A stretch of DNA of 36,420 nucleotides from Blastocatellia bacterium (GTDB lineage Bacteria; Acidobacteriota; Blastocatellia; UBA7656), in contig JBGQGO010000002.1 in the NCBI GenBank assembly GCA_041497455.1, positions 1 to 36,420 on the forward strand, written 5' to 3'. The number at the start of each line of letters is the position of its first letter. Within the stretch, counting starts at the first letter, position 1. The notes under the pieces are model-generated. The model saw only the letters and a list, made by a program, of their open reading frames with translations, did not search any database and was not told the DNA's origin. Shown one piece after another: positions 1 through 8,618 of this stretch. The position numbers were made by a program, and so were the translations under genes.

Positions 1-1
1 C

Positions 2-2014
2 CGGTTGAACGTGATCGCGAACGTCATCGGCAAGTTCTGCGAGCGCATCTTCACCAGCTTCGAAGGCTCGATCCATCCGAACTTCCCTCACGATCAAGGT
101 GATGTGAAATACCATCAGGGCGCGAGCGGCGTGCGCGAGACTACCGACGGCCGCGAGGTCTCGCTTGTCGTCGTCCCGAATCCGAGTCATCTCGAATTCG
201 TCGATCCGGTCGTCGAAGGAATGGTTCGCGCAAGGCAAGATGTCGACGGCGACCGTTTAAGCAGGCTGGCGGTGTTGCTTCATGGAGATGCGGCGTTCGC
301 GGGCGAGGGGATCGTCGCCGAGACGCTCAACCTTTCGCAACTGCCCGGCTACAAGACCGGCGGCACGATTCATATCATCACCAACAACCAGCTCGGCTTC
401 ACCACTCCGCCTGAAGAAGGGCGCTCTTCGACATACAGCACGGACATCGCGAAGATGATTCAAGCGCCGGTCTTTCACGTGAACAGCGACGACGTCGAAG
501 CCGCTTACAACGTGCTTCAGATCGCGTTGGACTACCGGCAGAAGTTTCAGAGGGATGTTGTGATCGACGTGATCGGGTTCCGGCGACTGGGTCACAACGA
601 AGGCGACGAGCCGACCTACACTCAGCCGGTGATGTACCAGCGAATCCGCAAGCATCCGGGAGCGCGTGCTCTCTACGCGAAGAAGCTCGCCGCCGAAGGA
701 GTGATGACCGAAGAGGTAATCGCAACTCTGATGGATGAGCGAAATCGCCGGTATGAAAACGCACAGCTCGGAGCCAAAGCGATCGTCGCAAAGCAGGACA
801 CTCAAATCGCGCTACCCGATCACCAGCCCGAACCTGAAACCGTTGACGTGATCGCAACGGGCGTCGAGCAAGAGACGCTTCGCAGGATCGCGCATGCGAT
901 CACTACGGTGCCTCGCGGGTTCAATCTGAATCCCAAGATCGTCGGCTTGCTCGCACGGCGCGCGAAGATGGTTGAAGGCGCGGCGGCAGTCGATTGGGGC
1001 ATGGCTGAAGCCCTGGCGTTTGGTTCCTTGCTGATCGAAGGCACGCCGGTTCGGCTCTCGGGTCAAGACACAGTTCGAGGCACGTTCAGCCATCGGCACG
1101 CGGCGTTCACCGACACGCAGACGGGCGTAGAGTGGGCGCCGCTTGCTCAGCTTGCGGACGGCGCGAAGTACGAGATTTACGACAGCCCGTTGTCTGAAGC
1201 CGGCGCGTTGGGCTTCGAATACGGTTACAGCGTCGCCGCGCCCGACACGCTGGTGTTGTGGGAAGCTCAGTTCGGCGACTTCATCAACGCCGCGCAAGTG
1301 ATCGTCGATCAGTTCATCGCATCAGGGGAAGAGAAGTGGAATCAGCCCACCGGCATAGTGTTGTTGTTGCCGCACGGCTACGAAGGCCAGGGCTCGGAGC
1401 ATTCAAGCGCGAGGATCGAACGCTTCTTGCAGCTTTGCGCGGACGGGAACATGCAGGTCGTGAATTGCACGACTGCGGCTCAGTACTTTCACGTGCTTCG
1501 CCGCCAGGCGCAGCAACGGCCTCGAAAACCCCTGGTGATAATTACTCCCAAGAGCCTGCTGCGGTTACCTGACGCTGCGTCTCCTGTTGAGCAATTTTCG
1601 CGCGGCGGCTTCCTTCCAGTGATCGGCGATGACTCGGTCGCTGCGGCCTCCGTCACCCGCGTTTTATTGTGCAGCGGCAAGGTCTACTACGATTTGGTCG
1701 CCGAGCGTAGGAAGGTTGGCGAGTCGGGGATTGCGATCGTGCGCGTCGAACAGTTCTATCCCTTCCCAAAGAACCTGTTGGTTAAGGAGCTCTCCCGATT
1801 CCCGAATGCGGCTGACGTCCGATGGGTTCAAGAGGAGCCTCAAAACATGGGCGAGTGGACTTTTATGGAGCCGCGCTTATTGAAGATGCTCGGCGCGGCG
1901 AGGACTCTTCGTTACATCGGCCGCCCGCCGAGCGCGAGCCCCGCGACGGGTTCGCACACGATTCATCAAATGGAGCAGCAGCAATTGGTGAAGCAAGCGT
2001 TTTCCGGTGATTAG
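2..2014 (+). CDS. sucA: 2-oxoglutarate dehydrogenase E1 component, C-terminal ~670 aa (5' end outside window)
   Basis: The frame is open from the first bases of the window to TAG at 2012-2014. The translation is collinear with OGDH E1 proteins (LLHGDAAFAGEGIV, LWEAQFGDFINAAQVIVDQFI, LLLPHGYEGQGSEHSSARIERFLQL, VRWVQEEPQNMG). The family was recognised from memory, not searched. Confidence 0.9.
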   Translation, partial: RLNVIANVIGKFCERIFTSFEGSIHPNFPHDQGDVKYHQGASGVRETTDGREVSLVVVPNPSHLEFVDPVVEGMVRARQDVDGDRLSRLAVLLHGDAAFAGEGIVAETLNLSQLPGYKTGGTIHIITNNQLGFTTPPEEGRSSTYSTDIAKMIQAPVFHVNSDDVEAAYNVLQIALDYRQKFQRDVVIDVIGFRRLGHNEGDEPTYTQPVMYQRIRKHPGARALYAKKLAAEGVMTEEVIATLMDERNRRYENAQLGAKAIVAKQDTQIALPDHQPEPETVDVIATGVEQETLRRIAHAITTVPRGFNLNPKIVGLLARRAKMVEGAAAVDWGMAEALAFGSLLIEGTPVRLSGQDTVRGTFSHRHAAFTDTQTGVEWAPLAQLADGAKYEIYDSPLSEAGALGFEYGYSVAAPDTLVLWEAQFGDFINAAQVIVDQFIASGEEKWNQPTGIVLLLPHGYEGQGSEHSSARIERFLQLCADGNMQVVNCTTAAQYFHVLRRQAQQRPRKPLVIITPKSLLRLPDAASPVEQFSRGGFLPVIGDDSVAAASVTRVLLCSGKVYYDLVAERRKVGESGIAIVRVEQFYPFPKNLLVKELSRFPNAADVRWVQEEPQNMGEWTFMEPRLLKMLGAARTLRYIGRPPSASPATGSHTIHQMEQQQLVKQAFSGD

Positions 2015-2153
2015 CCGCCATCGCGTCATCGTCATAGCCACCAATCACTCGACGAAGTTTGACTAGTAGCGTTAGGGTGTAAGGGCATTGACGATCTGAG
2101 TTCTAGCTTTCCAATCTTCGGTCGTAGGTGTCTCGAGTCTGAAACAGTGTTAG

Positions 2154-3008
2154 GTGCTGAAAGGCGAGCAGATGGCTTCACTTCAAGAATTCGGACAAAA
2201 TGCGCAGAGGCTGGCGCGTAACCCGCTCGGGATCATCGCGCTGTTCATCGTGTTGGTGTATGGCATCGCCGGGTTGGTACTTGGTGTGTCCGCGGGAAAG
2301 CTCGACCCGAGCGAGAGGCAGCCACTTGTGTGGTTTCTGGTGGTCTTCCCCGTCGTGGTGCTTGCTGTCTTTTATCGTCTGGTTGCGGCGCATCACGTAA
2401 AACTATATGCCCCTAACGACTTCCCCGATGCCGAGGGATTCTTCCGTGCGCTGACGCCGAGTGAGCAGAAGCAACGGCTTGAGCAAGAAATCCGTGAATT
2501 TGAATCTGCACCACCCGTGATCGAAGGCGACAGGATCAAAGGCGAGAAGGTAGTCGCCGTTGAGATGGAGGGCACTGGCCTTTTCAAGAGAATGTCCAGG
2601 ACGCACACTTGGCTACTCGCGGAGGAGTTAGCGTTCAGGGAACTCGAAAGTGAGTTTGGAGCACCCATTCATCGTCAAGTCGCGATTGCGGACTCCGGTG
2701 TCGATGGAGTTCTTATTGACAAAGGAACACTCAGAGTTATCGAGATCAAGTTCACAAGGGGCCCGAGTCTCGGGCGCATCGTTGGGCATGCGGCCGACCA
2801 ACTCAGACGCGTTGCCGAGAAAGTGGGCGGGCGGGCGTCATTCATCCTAGCCGTTGTCGTAGAGGCGATGCCTCTTGAGCGACTGGAAAGCGAGATCGAA
2901 AGAGCCCAAGAGCGGTTGTCGAGGTCTTTCCCGATCCCGATAGAATTGCGCGTCTACGACTTCAGCGAACTCAAAGAAAAATATGGTGTCGTCGGAGAGG
3001 ACTCCTAG
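2154..3008 (+). CDS. Hypothetical membrane protein: two N-terminal TM helices plus a C-terminal restriction-endonuclease-like (PD-(D/E)xK) domain
   Basis: 284-aa ORF; an alternative ATG at 2172 gives MASLQEF. Hydrophobic segments are GIIALFIVLVYGIAGLVLGV and LVWFLVVFPVVVLAVFY. The C-terminal part shows helix-E (LAEELAFRELE), then GVDGVLID, then RVIEIKF, then a helix and ASFILAVVV. This is the order and spacing of an E...D...ExK nuclease core. Confidence 0.6.
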   Translation: MLKGEQMASLQEFGQNAQRLARNPLGIIALFIVLVYGIAGLVLGVSAGKLDPSERQPLVWFLVVFPVVVLAVFYRLVAAHHVKLYAPNDFPDAEGFFRALTPSEQKQRLEQEIREFESAPPVIEGDRIKGEKVVAVEMEGTGLFKRMSRTHTWLLAEELAFRELESEFGAPIHRQVAIADSGVDGVLIDKGTLRVIEIKFTRGPSLGRIVGHAADQLRRVAEKVGGRASFILAVVVEAMPLERLESEIERAQERLSRSFPIPIELRVYDFSELKEKYGVVGEDS

Positions 3009-3099
3009 CGGCGCGAACCAAACGAGGTTCTCGTGGCAAGTTGAATGCTCATGACGTGCGCGCCCGATTTAGCGTCCGAAATGTCGAGGAGTAACACCG

Positions 3100-3275
3100 T
3101 CAGTTCACGCTTGCGGCTTGAGGTATTATCATCGTCCGCCATACCGCCAGCCATCGATCGTTCTCGCGCACGAACACGAATTTGTCGCGGCCGGTGTCGT
3201 TGAAGCGCTCACCGCCCATCTCGTACGCGATCTCGTATGAGCAGGTCGCTAACGCCGTGTCGCCGAAGACGTCAG
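3100..3275 (-). pseudogene. 3' remnant of a SnoaL-like/DUF4440 gene, paralogous to the 3' end of 4257-4673
   Basis: The minus-strand translation DVFGDTALATCSYEIAYEMGGERFNDTGRDKFVFVRENDRWLAVWRTMIIPQAASVN* aligns without gaps to the last 57 residues of the 138-aa protein at 4257-4673. By hand count there are about 28 mismatches in 174 nt. Similarity stops near 3275, an in-frame stop lies at 3328-3330, and no N-terminal two-thirds is present. Confidence 0.7.
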
Positions 3276-3337
3276 TCGCGAGAGCCCTTCGCTGGTCTCG
3301 GCTTCTTTGTGGCTCGAAAGCCGTGCACTACGTGTAA

Positions 3338-3952
3338 CTAGCGGCGCGGCTTTCGGCGTTTGAGTTTCTGCTTGCGGAGCAGTAGTCGCTCCAAGGTATC
3401 GAATATTTCCGGCGTCTCGAGCGCGTCGGCGAATTGCCGAACCCACGATCTAACCCGCGACAGGTCCAGGTCCTCTCGAACATTGAGGATCGTCTCGATA
3501 TCGACGATGTCTTTCGCCCTTTGAGCTACGGCCTTAGTTACGATGAGGTCTTCGGGCGTCGCTACTTTGACCGTGACCGCATGTACCACAAAGAACTCGG
3601 CCCGATCGATTAGTTCCCGCTCGAATGGCAGAGCCCCCAACGACAAATCAATTTCAACGCCGCTGTCCTCGTGCTTGAGCAGAAGCACGCGAACTCTTCT
3701 AGCGAAGGCAATCGCATCGCGCTCTCGAAGCGAAAACCCGTGCTCAACGGCAGATTCTATCAGCGCTTCCCACTGGCCGCTGTCAATCCACAGCACCGCA
3801 TCGATATCCTGAGTAAAGCGCGGCTGCGCGGCCAACGAAACACCAACCCCGCCGATTATCGCATTTGGAACGTTCTCTTCATCGAGCCACGTTACCAACG
3901 CAACCAGGGCGCCTGAGAGGGTTGACGATAAGGCATCTTCAGACACCGGCAA
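3338..3952 (-). CDS. Nucleotidyltransferase-fold protein (AbiEii/DUF2204/DUF6036-like), putative toxin-type component
   Basis: 204-aa ORF. The N-terminal IIGGVGVSLAAQPRFTQDIDAVLWID matches the hGG-x(n)-R-x-T-x-D-x-D signature of pol-beta-superfamily NTases of the AbiEii/DUF2204 type. It overlaps the upstream small ORF by 14 nt. The subfamily is not resolved. Confidence 0.6.
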   Translation of the reverse strand: MPVSEDALSSTLSGALVALVTWLDEENVPNAIIGGVGVSLAAQPRFTQDIDAVLWIDSGQWEALIESAVEHGFSLRERDAIAFARRVRVLLLKHEDSGVEIDLSLGALPFERELIDRAEFFVVHAVTVKVATPEDLIVTKAVAQRAKDIVDIETILNVREDLDLSRVRSWVRQFADALETPEIFDTLERLLLRKQKLKRRKPRR

Positions 3953-4190
3953 TCTCTCTTAAGCGATTCCATCGGGCCCAGACTTTCTCTTCGTCGCCGC
4001 TCCGCCGGGTCCAGCCCATTTCTCGCCCGAATTGATAAAGCGACTCCAACTCTCGAACTTTTTCTGAAGCAGACTTGCGGCGCTGTTCGGCATCGGTGAA
4101 TTCGTTGACCACCTTCCACCGTTCCCTGAATAGGCGGGCTTCCTCTTTTGTCATCATGGTCATGTGCACACTCATTCTACAGCGGTTCAT
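3939..4190 (-). CDS. Small helical protein, putative cognate partner (antitoxin-like) of the NTase
   Basis: 83-aa ORF with several possible starts (MNRC.., MSVH.., MTMMTKEE..). It lies immediately upstream of the NTase gene and overlaps it, an arrangement typical of type II/IV TA pairs. I recognise no family. Confidence 0.4.
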   Translation of the reverse strand: MNRCRMSVHMTMMTKEEARLFRERWKVVNEFTDAEQRRKSASEKVRELESLYQFGREMGWTRRSGDEEKVWARWNRLREIAGV

Positions 4191-4256
4191 TACCGGAAGC
4201 GATACCTAGTGCAACTTGCCAGCGACATTCCGGCGACAGCGTTGAACCGGCGGTTC

Positions 4257-4673
4257 TCAATTTACGCTCTTCGCCTCGGGGATTATCATCGTGCGCCATA
4301 CGGCCTGCCATCGATCGTTCTCGCGCACGAAGACAAATATGTCGCGGCCAGTGTCGTTGAAGCGCTCACCGCCCATCTCATAAGCGATCTCGTATGAGTA
4401 GGTCGCTATCGCCGTATTCCCGAACACGTCAATCCCCGGATTGCTGATCTTGAAATCCAGAATTGCCGCTTGCTTGCAAAAGTCCTCGTAGCTCGCGACA
4501 CAGGCGTCTCTGCCTTCCGTGCGCTGGGTGAAGTCAGGATGCACCATCACGATGTCTTCGCGGAAGAAGGACGCGAGGTCTTCGGGACCGCCGGGCTTTG
4601 CCCACGCGTCGTTCATCCGCTGGACGAGTTGCCAAATCTCTTCCGTGTCTCGTGTTCCGTCAGAAGATGTCAT
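4257..4673 (-). CDS. SnoaL-like / NTF2-fold DUF4440 family protein
   Basis: 138-aa ORF. The sequence (EEIWQLVQRMNDAWAK...FFREDIVMVHP...NTAIATYSYEI...ERFNDTGRDIFVFVRENDRWQAVWRTM) has the typical layout of DUF4440/SnoaL-like NTF2 proteins. Confidence 0.7.
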   Translation of the reverse strand: MTSSDGTRDTEEIWQLVQRMNDAWAKPGGPEDLASFFREDIVMVHPDFTQRTEGRDACVASYEDFCKQAAILDFKISNPGIDVFGNTAIATYSYEIAYEMGGERFNDTGRDIFVFVRENDRWQAVWRTMIIPEAKSVN

Positions 4674-4738
4674 CTATTCACCTCTTTTCGCCTGAGCGTG
4701 GGCAAGCGCCGGTTATGTGAGCGTCAGCTTCTTACGAG

Positions 4739-4832
4739 CTTTGCGTCTTTGCGGGTCTTTGCGTCTTTGCGCGAAACGTCTCTTGCTATGGTTATTTCGC
4801 GCAAAGACGCAAAGACCCGCAAAGACGCAAAG
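4739..4832. repeat. Palindromic intergenic element, family A (CTTTGCG..CTTTGCGCGAAA arms)
   Basis: Left arm ctttgcgtctttgcgggtctttgcgtctttgcgcgaaa (4739-4776) is the reverse complement of tttcgcgcaaagacgcaaagacccgcaaagacgcaaag (4796-4832). The loop is about 19 nt. The element lies between the aguA stop and the start of the SnoaL-like gene. Confidence 0.85.
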
Positions 4833-4871
4833 AGACGCGCGAAACTGAACGACCTGGACCCCCCGACCAAC

Positions 4872-5969
4872 TCATCCGCGCCCGACTCCCGGCTGTTGCT
4901 GAGTCATACAGTGCAACGTCCCGAGACCCCAGACCATATCGACCGCGTGAATCCCAACGACTGGCCGATCGGTGATCAGCTCGCTCAAAATGCCGAGCGC
5001 CACGCGATCATTCGGATCATTGAACGTCGGCACCAGCACCGCCGAATTCGCGATGTAAAAGTTAGCATAGCTTGCCGGAAGGCGCTGTCCGTTGAACACG
5101 AGCGGCGCAGGCATTGGAATCGGAACAACCTCGAGCTTCGAGCCGTCCTCGAGCCGCATCGACTTCAAGCGATCGAAATTCTCTTCGAGCACTGCGTGGT
5201 TGTAGTCGCGCGAGTTCTCCTCGCGGCATATGACGACCGTCCTTGAATTGACGAAGCGGCACACATCATCGACGTGGCCGTGTGTGTCGTCGCCTTGAAT
5301 ACCGCGGCCCAGCCACAGCACGTTGGTTACGCCCAGGTTGTCGCCAAGCGCTGACTCGATGTCGCTACGTGAAAGACCCGGGTTCCGCGCCTGGAGGTTT
5401 TGATCGAGCAAGCACTCCTCGGTGGCGATCAATGTTCCGCGTCCGTTGACGTCGATGGCGCCGCCTTCAAGCACTACATCGCGGTTGTTTCGTTGGGCGC
5501 GAAAGATTCGGCAGCCCAGCGTTTGGGCCGCGCGTTCGGCCACGCGATCGTCTTTCTTCCAGTCGTCGTACTTCGCCCACGCGTTAAACCGGAAACGCAC
5601 GATCGCAACTTCCCGCCGCTTAGAGTCGCGCCTGACGAACATAGGACCGAAGTCGCGCGTCCAGCCTCGATTGGTTGGGAAGCGCAAGAACTCGACTTGC
5701 GTCGGGTCAACGCCAACTCGTGACAGCACACGCCGCGCTCGAGCTTCGTGAGCCTCCGAGTCGACAATGATGCGAACGATTTCGCCGGGCGCGAGCTGGC
5801 GGACTATCTCGCCGTAGACCCAGGGGATGGTTGTGAACTTGCCCGGCCAATCGGTTCGATTGTGGGGCCAGCCAATCCACGTGGCTTCGTGAGGCTCCCA
5901 CTCGGCGGGCATGCGAAAGCCCATCGAGCTTGGGCTGCTGTCCGCGGCTCGTTCAGTCTTTCGGCTCAT
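4872..5969 (-). CDS. aguA: Agmatine deiminase
   Basis: 365-aa ORF. It has N-terminal FRMPAEWEPHEATWIGWPH, DTHGHVDD and C-terminal GTLHCMTQQQP, typical of the agmatine deiminase / PAD_porph family. Its start overlaps the aguB stop by 4 nt. Confidence 0.9.
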   Translation of the reverse strand: MSRKTERAADSSPSSMGFRMPAEWEPHEATWIGWPHNRTDWPGKFTTIPWVYGEIVRQLAPGEIVRIIVDSEAHEARARRVLSRVGVDPTQVEFLRFPTNRGWTRDFGPMFVRRDSKRREVAIVRFRFNAWAKYDDWKKDDRVAERAAQTLGCRIFRAQRNNRDVVLEGGAIDVNGRGTLIATEECLLDQNLQARNPGLSRSDIESALGDNLGVTNVLWLGRGIQGDDTHGHVDDVCRFVNSRTVVICREENSRDYNHAVLEENFDRLKSMRLEDGSKLEVVPIPMPAPLVFNGQRLPASYANFYIANSAVLVPTFNDPNDRVALGILSELITDRPVVGIHAVDMVWGLGTLHCMTQQQPGVGRG

Positions 5970-6865
5970 TCTTTTTCGTCGAGAAACCGCTGTTCGATCC
6001 CAGCGTAAGCGTCAATGCGGCGGTCACGCAAAAAGGGCCAGTTGCGCCGCACTTCTTCGATGCGAGAGAGATCCACTTCGCTGATCAACACCTCTTCGCG
6101 ATCGGTCGAGCCTTCCGCGATCACCACTCCGAACGGGTCGCACAAAAACGAAGAGCCCCAGAACTCAATCCCAGCGCCGCCGTCGGAAGACTTCTCGTGA
6201 CCGACTCGATTCACCGCTGCGACATAAACTCCATTAGCGATTGAGTGCGAGCGCTGAATCGTCTGCCACGCGTTACGCTGCGCTGCGCCGTAGATTTCTT
6301 TCTCGTGCGGATGCCATCCAATCGCGGTGGGATAGAAGAGAACGTTCGCGCCTCTCAGCGCCGTGAGCCTCGCGCCTTCGGGATACCACTGGTCCCAGCA
6401 GATCAGCGTGCCGATCTTACCAACCGGCGTATCGAAAGCGCGAAATCCAAGATCGCCCGGCGTGAAGTAGAACTTCTCGTAGTAAGCGGGATCATCCGGT
6501 ATGTGCATCTTGCGATAGAGGCCAGCGACTTTGCCTTCGGTGTCGATGATGGCGGCGCTGTTGTGATAGAGCCCGGCCGCCCGGCGTTCAAAGATCGGAG
6601 CGATGACCGTGACTTTCTTCTCTCGCGCGACTCTTCCGATTGCCTCGGTCGACGGACCCGGCACAGCCTCGGCGAGATCGAACAGCGCAGCGTCTTCGCG
6701 CTGACAGAAGTACTGAGAGCGAAATAGCTCGGGCAAGCAGATGACCTCGGCGCCGAGCCCGGCCGCGTGTTCGACGAATGAGACGGCTCGGGCGAGGTTG
6801 TCATCGGAATCGGCCGACGCCGCCATCTGCACGAGGCCGACCTTGAACCTTGGAGCGCTCGACAT
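5966..6865 (-). CDS. aguB: N-carbamoylputrescine amidase (CN-hydrolase family)
   Basis: The start is placed at the ATG at 6865 (MSSAPRFKVGLVQM...). The CN-hydrolase catalytic context is present (LPELF, RKMHIP, GTLICWDQWYPE). The ORF-track extension to 7018 merely translates the family-B repeat. The gene is translationally coupled to aguA. Confidence 0.9.
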   Translation of the reverse strand: MSSAPRFKVGLVQMAASADSDDNLARAVSFVEHAAGLGAEVICLPELFRSQYFCQREDAALFDLAEAVPGPSTEAIGRVAREKKVTVIAPIFERRAAGLYHNSAAIIDTEGKVAGLYRKMHIPDDPAYYEKFYFTPGDLGFRAFDTPVGKIGTLICWDQWYPEGARLTALRGANVLFYPTAIGWHPHEKEIYGAAQRNAWQTIQRSHSIANGVYVAAVNRVGHEKSSDGGAGIEFWGSSFLCDPFGVVIAEGSTDREEVLISEVDLSRIEEVRRNWPFLRDRRIDAYAGIEQRFLDEKE

Positions 6866-6923
6866 AGCCGAAAGCTTACACAAGATCGCATTCGGCTCCA
6901 AGCTTTGATAGCGCGCGCCAAGT

Positions 6924-7016
6924 GTTCGTAGTCCGGCCTTCAGGCGGAAGTTCGTAACTCGAGGCTTAACGAGCAAAGGCAGATACAACCTGCCGCCTGA
7001 AGGCCGGACTACGAAC
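6924..7016. repeat. Palindromic intergenic element, family B (GTTCGTAGTCCGGCCTTNAGGCGG arms)
   Basis: gttcgtagtccggccttcaggcgg (6924-6947) is the reverse complement of ccgcctgaaggccggactacgaac (6993-7016). The element lies in the divergent aguB/tpx intergenic region. Confidence 0.85.
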
Positions 7017-7108
7017 AAGAAAGCGGCTTGATCACTCGCCGCCCAACCTTTAGGCTATACCTTCTGCTCGAACTACTAATGAACCTTAAAACTCAGAGGA
7101 GAAACTGA

Positions 7109-7609
7109 ATGGCAAACGTCACACTCAAAGGCAATCCGGTCAAGCTGGTCGGCAACGAAGTCAAAGTCGGCGACACCGCTCCGGATTTCAGAACACAAAA
7201 GAGCGATTTGAGCGATTACAACCTGGGCTCATCAGCCGGCAAGACCCGGATCATTCTCAGCATTCCGTCGCTTGACACTCCGGTCTGCGACGCCGAGACG
7301 AAACGCTTCAATGAAGAAGCTTCAAAGGTCCCCGGCGTGGAGATCGTTTGCATAAGCATGGACCTTCCGTTCGCGATGAAGCGATGGTGCGGCGCGGCGG
7401 GCGTGGACAAGATTACGACGGCCAGCGATCACCGCGACGGCTCGTTCGGCAAGAACTACGGAGTGTTGATTGAAGGCGGGCCGTTTGATCGCGTGCACGC
7501 GCGAGCCGTCTTTGTCGTTGGACCGGATGACAAGTTGAAGTACGTCGAATACGTCAGCGAGATCGCGAATCATCCTGATTACGACGCGGTGCTGGCGGCA
7601 GCAAAGTAA
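7109..7609 (+). CDS. tpx: Thiol peroxidase (atypical 2-Cys peroxiredoxin)
   Basis: 166-aa ORF preceded by aggag. Motifs VTLKGNPVKL, SIPSLDTPVCDAETKRFNEEA and MKRWCGA are characteristic of Tpx. Confidence 0.9.
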   Translation: MANVTLKGNPVKLVGNEVKVGDTAPDFRTQKSDLSDYNLGSSAGKTRIILSIPSLDTPVCDAETKRFNEEASKVPGVEIVCISMDLPFAMKRWCGAAGVDKITTASDHRDGSFGKNYGVLIEGGPFDRVHARAVFVVGPDDKLKYVEYVSEIANHPDYDAVLAAAK

Positions 7610-7671
7610 TGCTGGCTAGAATGAGAGCCTTCGCTCTCAGTGGATCAACCCGCAATCGTGAAGGAGAGAAA

Positions 7672-8214
7672 ATGGACAGGAAACAAATCAAGATCGCATG
7701 TCTTTTGGTCATAGCATTGTTGTGCATTGCGCCAGTCGCGCTGGCCTTCAGCACGCCGCCCGAGGTAGGCAAACCCGCTCCGGAATTCACGCTCAAGAGC
7801 AACGAAGGCAAGACGGTCAGCCTCAAGGACTACAAAGGCAAATGGGTCGTGCTGTACTTCTACCCGAAGGACTTCACTTCCGGCTGCACGATCGAAGCTC
7901 AAAACTTTAAGCGCGACCAGGCGGCCTATGATAAGGCCCACGCGGTCATCCTCGGCGTCAGCGTCGATACCGCGGAATCGCATAAGGATTTCTGCGCCAA
8001 AGAGGGACTGACCTTCAAGCTTCTGGCGGACACGGAGATGACGGTCTCCGAAGCATATGGCTCGATGATGGACCGCCCGGGCGTCAAGCTATCGGCTCGC
8101 AACACCTTCATCATCGATCCGAAGGGAAACGTCGCGAAGGTATTCATAGGCGTGAAGCCGATGCCACACAGCGAAGAGGTCCTGGCCGCGCTGGCTGAGC
8201 TGCAGAAGAAGTAG
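7672..8214 (+). CDS. Secreted/periplasmic Bcp/PrxQ-like peroxiredoxin
   Basis: The ATG at 7672 is preceded by gaaggagag. A signal-peptide-like N-terminus is present (MDRKQIKIACLLVIALLCIAPVALAFS). The AhpC/TSA motif is [22 protein letters not shown]. Confidence 0.85.
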   Translation: MDRKQIKIACLLVIALLCIAPVALAFSTPPEVGKPAPEFTLKSNEGKTVSLKDYKGKWVVLYFYPKDFTSGCTIEAQNFKRDQAAYDKAHAVILGVSVDTAESHKDFCAKEGLTFKLLADTEMTVSEAYGSMMDRPGVKLSARNTFIIDPKGNVAKVFIGVKPMPHSEEVLAALAELQKK

Positions 8215-8272
8215 GTCCGAGTTGGCCGGTTGGGGGTTCGACGCGTTTGGGGCTGTGGTTTCGACGCTAGGG

Positions 8273-8558
8273 ACAATCCCAACGGGATTGCGTCTCACAG
8301 CCCAAGGTTGTCGTACTCGGCTACCTTGGGACACGATGTCGCGACCGCCTCAACCCTGAAGGGGTTGTGGCTCGATTGATCGCGAATGACGACCAACCAA
8401 CCAAACGGTGATAGCGTTGCGTAACGGCTACCGTAAGCCGCCGCAACCCCTTTCGGGGTTGGCGCAAACGACCCACTACGCGTTGGCGTGGCGTTGTTCA
8501 CCCAGGGTAGCCGAGTACGGCAACCCTGGGCTGAGAGATGCAACCCCAGTTGGGGTTC
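8273..8558. repeat. Block of short GC-rich hairpins and an inverted pair, family C
   Basis: cccaaggttgtcgtactcggctaccttggg (8301-8330) is an inverted copy of cccagggtagccgagtacggcaaccctggg (8501-8530) with about 3 mismatches. There are also four CAA(T/C)CCC-loop-GGG(A/G)TTG mini-hairpins, near 8275-8290, 8351-8367, 8443-8462 and 8541-8558. Confidence 0.7.
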
Positions 8559-8618
8559 AACCCAAACTAACACTCAGACCGCTTTCGACAAGTCGCAGCC
8601 AGCGTGTGTCAGCGTCCT

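Noticed and set aside
4470-5246. Long ORFs antisense to or overlapping confident genes (e.g. 4470-5246 +, 9432-10106 +, 10302-10964 +, 14568-15455 +, 19903-20835 +, 18423-19067 -, 32945-33610 -, 33712-34635 -)
   Set aside because: Each lies opposite a gene with strong family motifs. Their translations are Arg/Ser/Pro-rich and low in complexity, as expected for antisense frames in high-GC DNA.
6866-7018. 51-codon N-terminal extension of the aguB ORF
   Set aside because: The extension simply translates the family-B palindromic element (…FRLKAGLRT…). The CN-hydrolase homology begins at the ATG at 6865.
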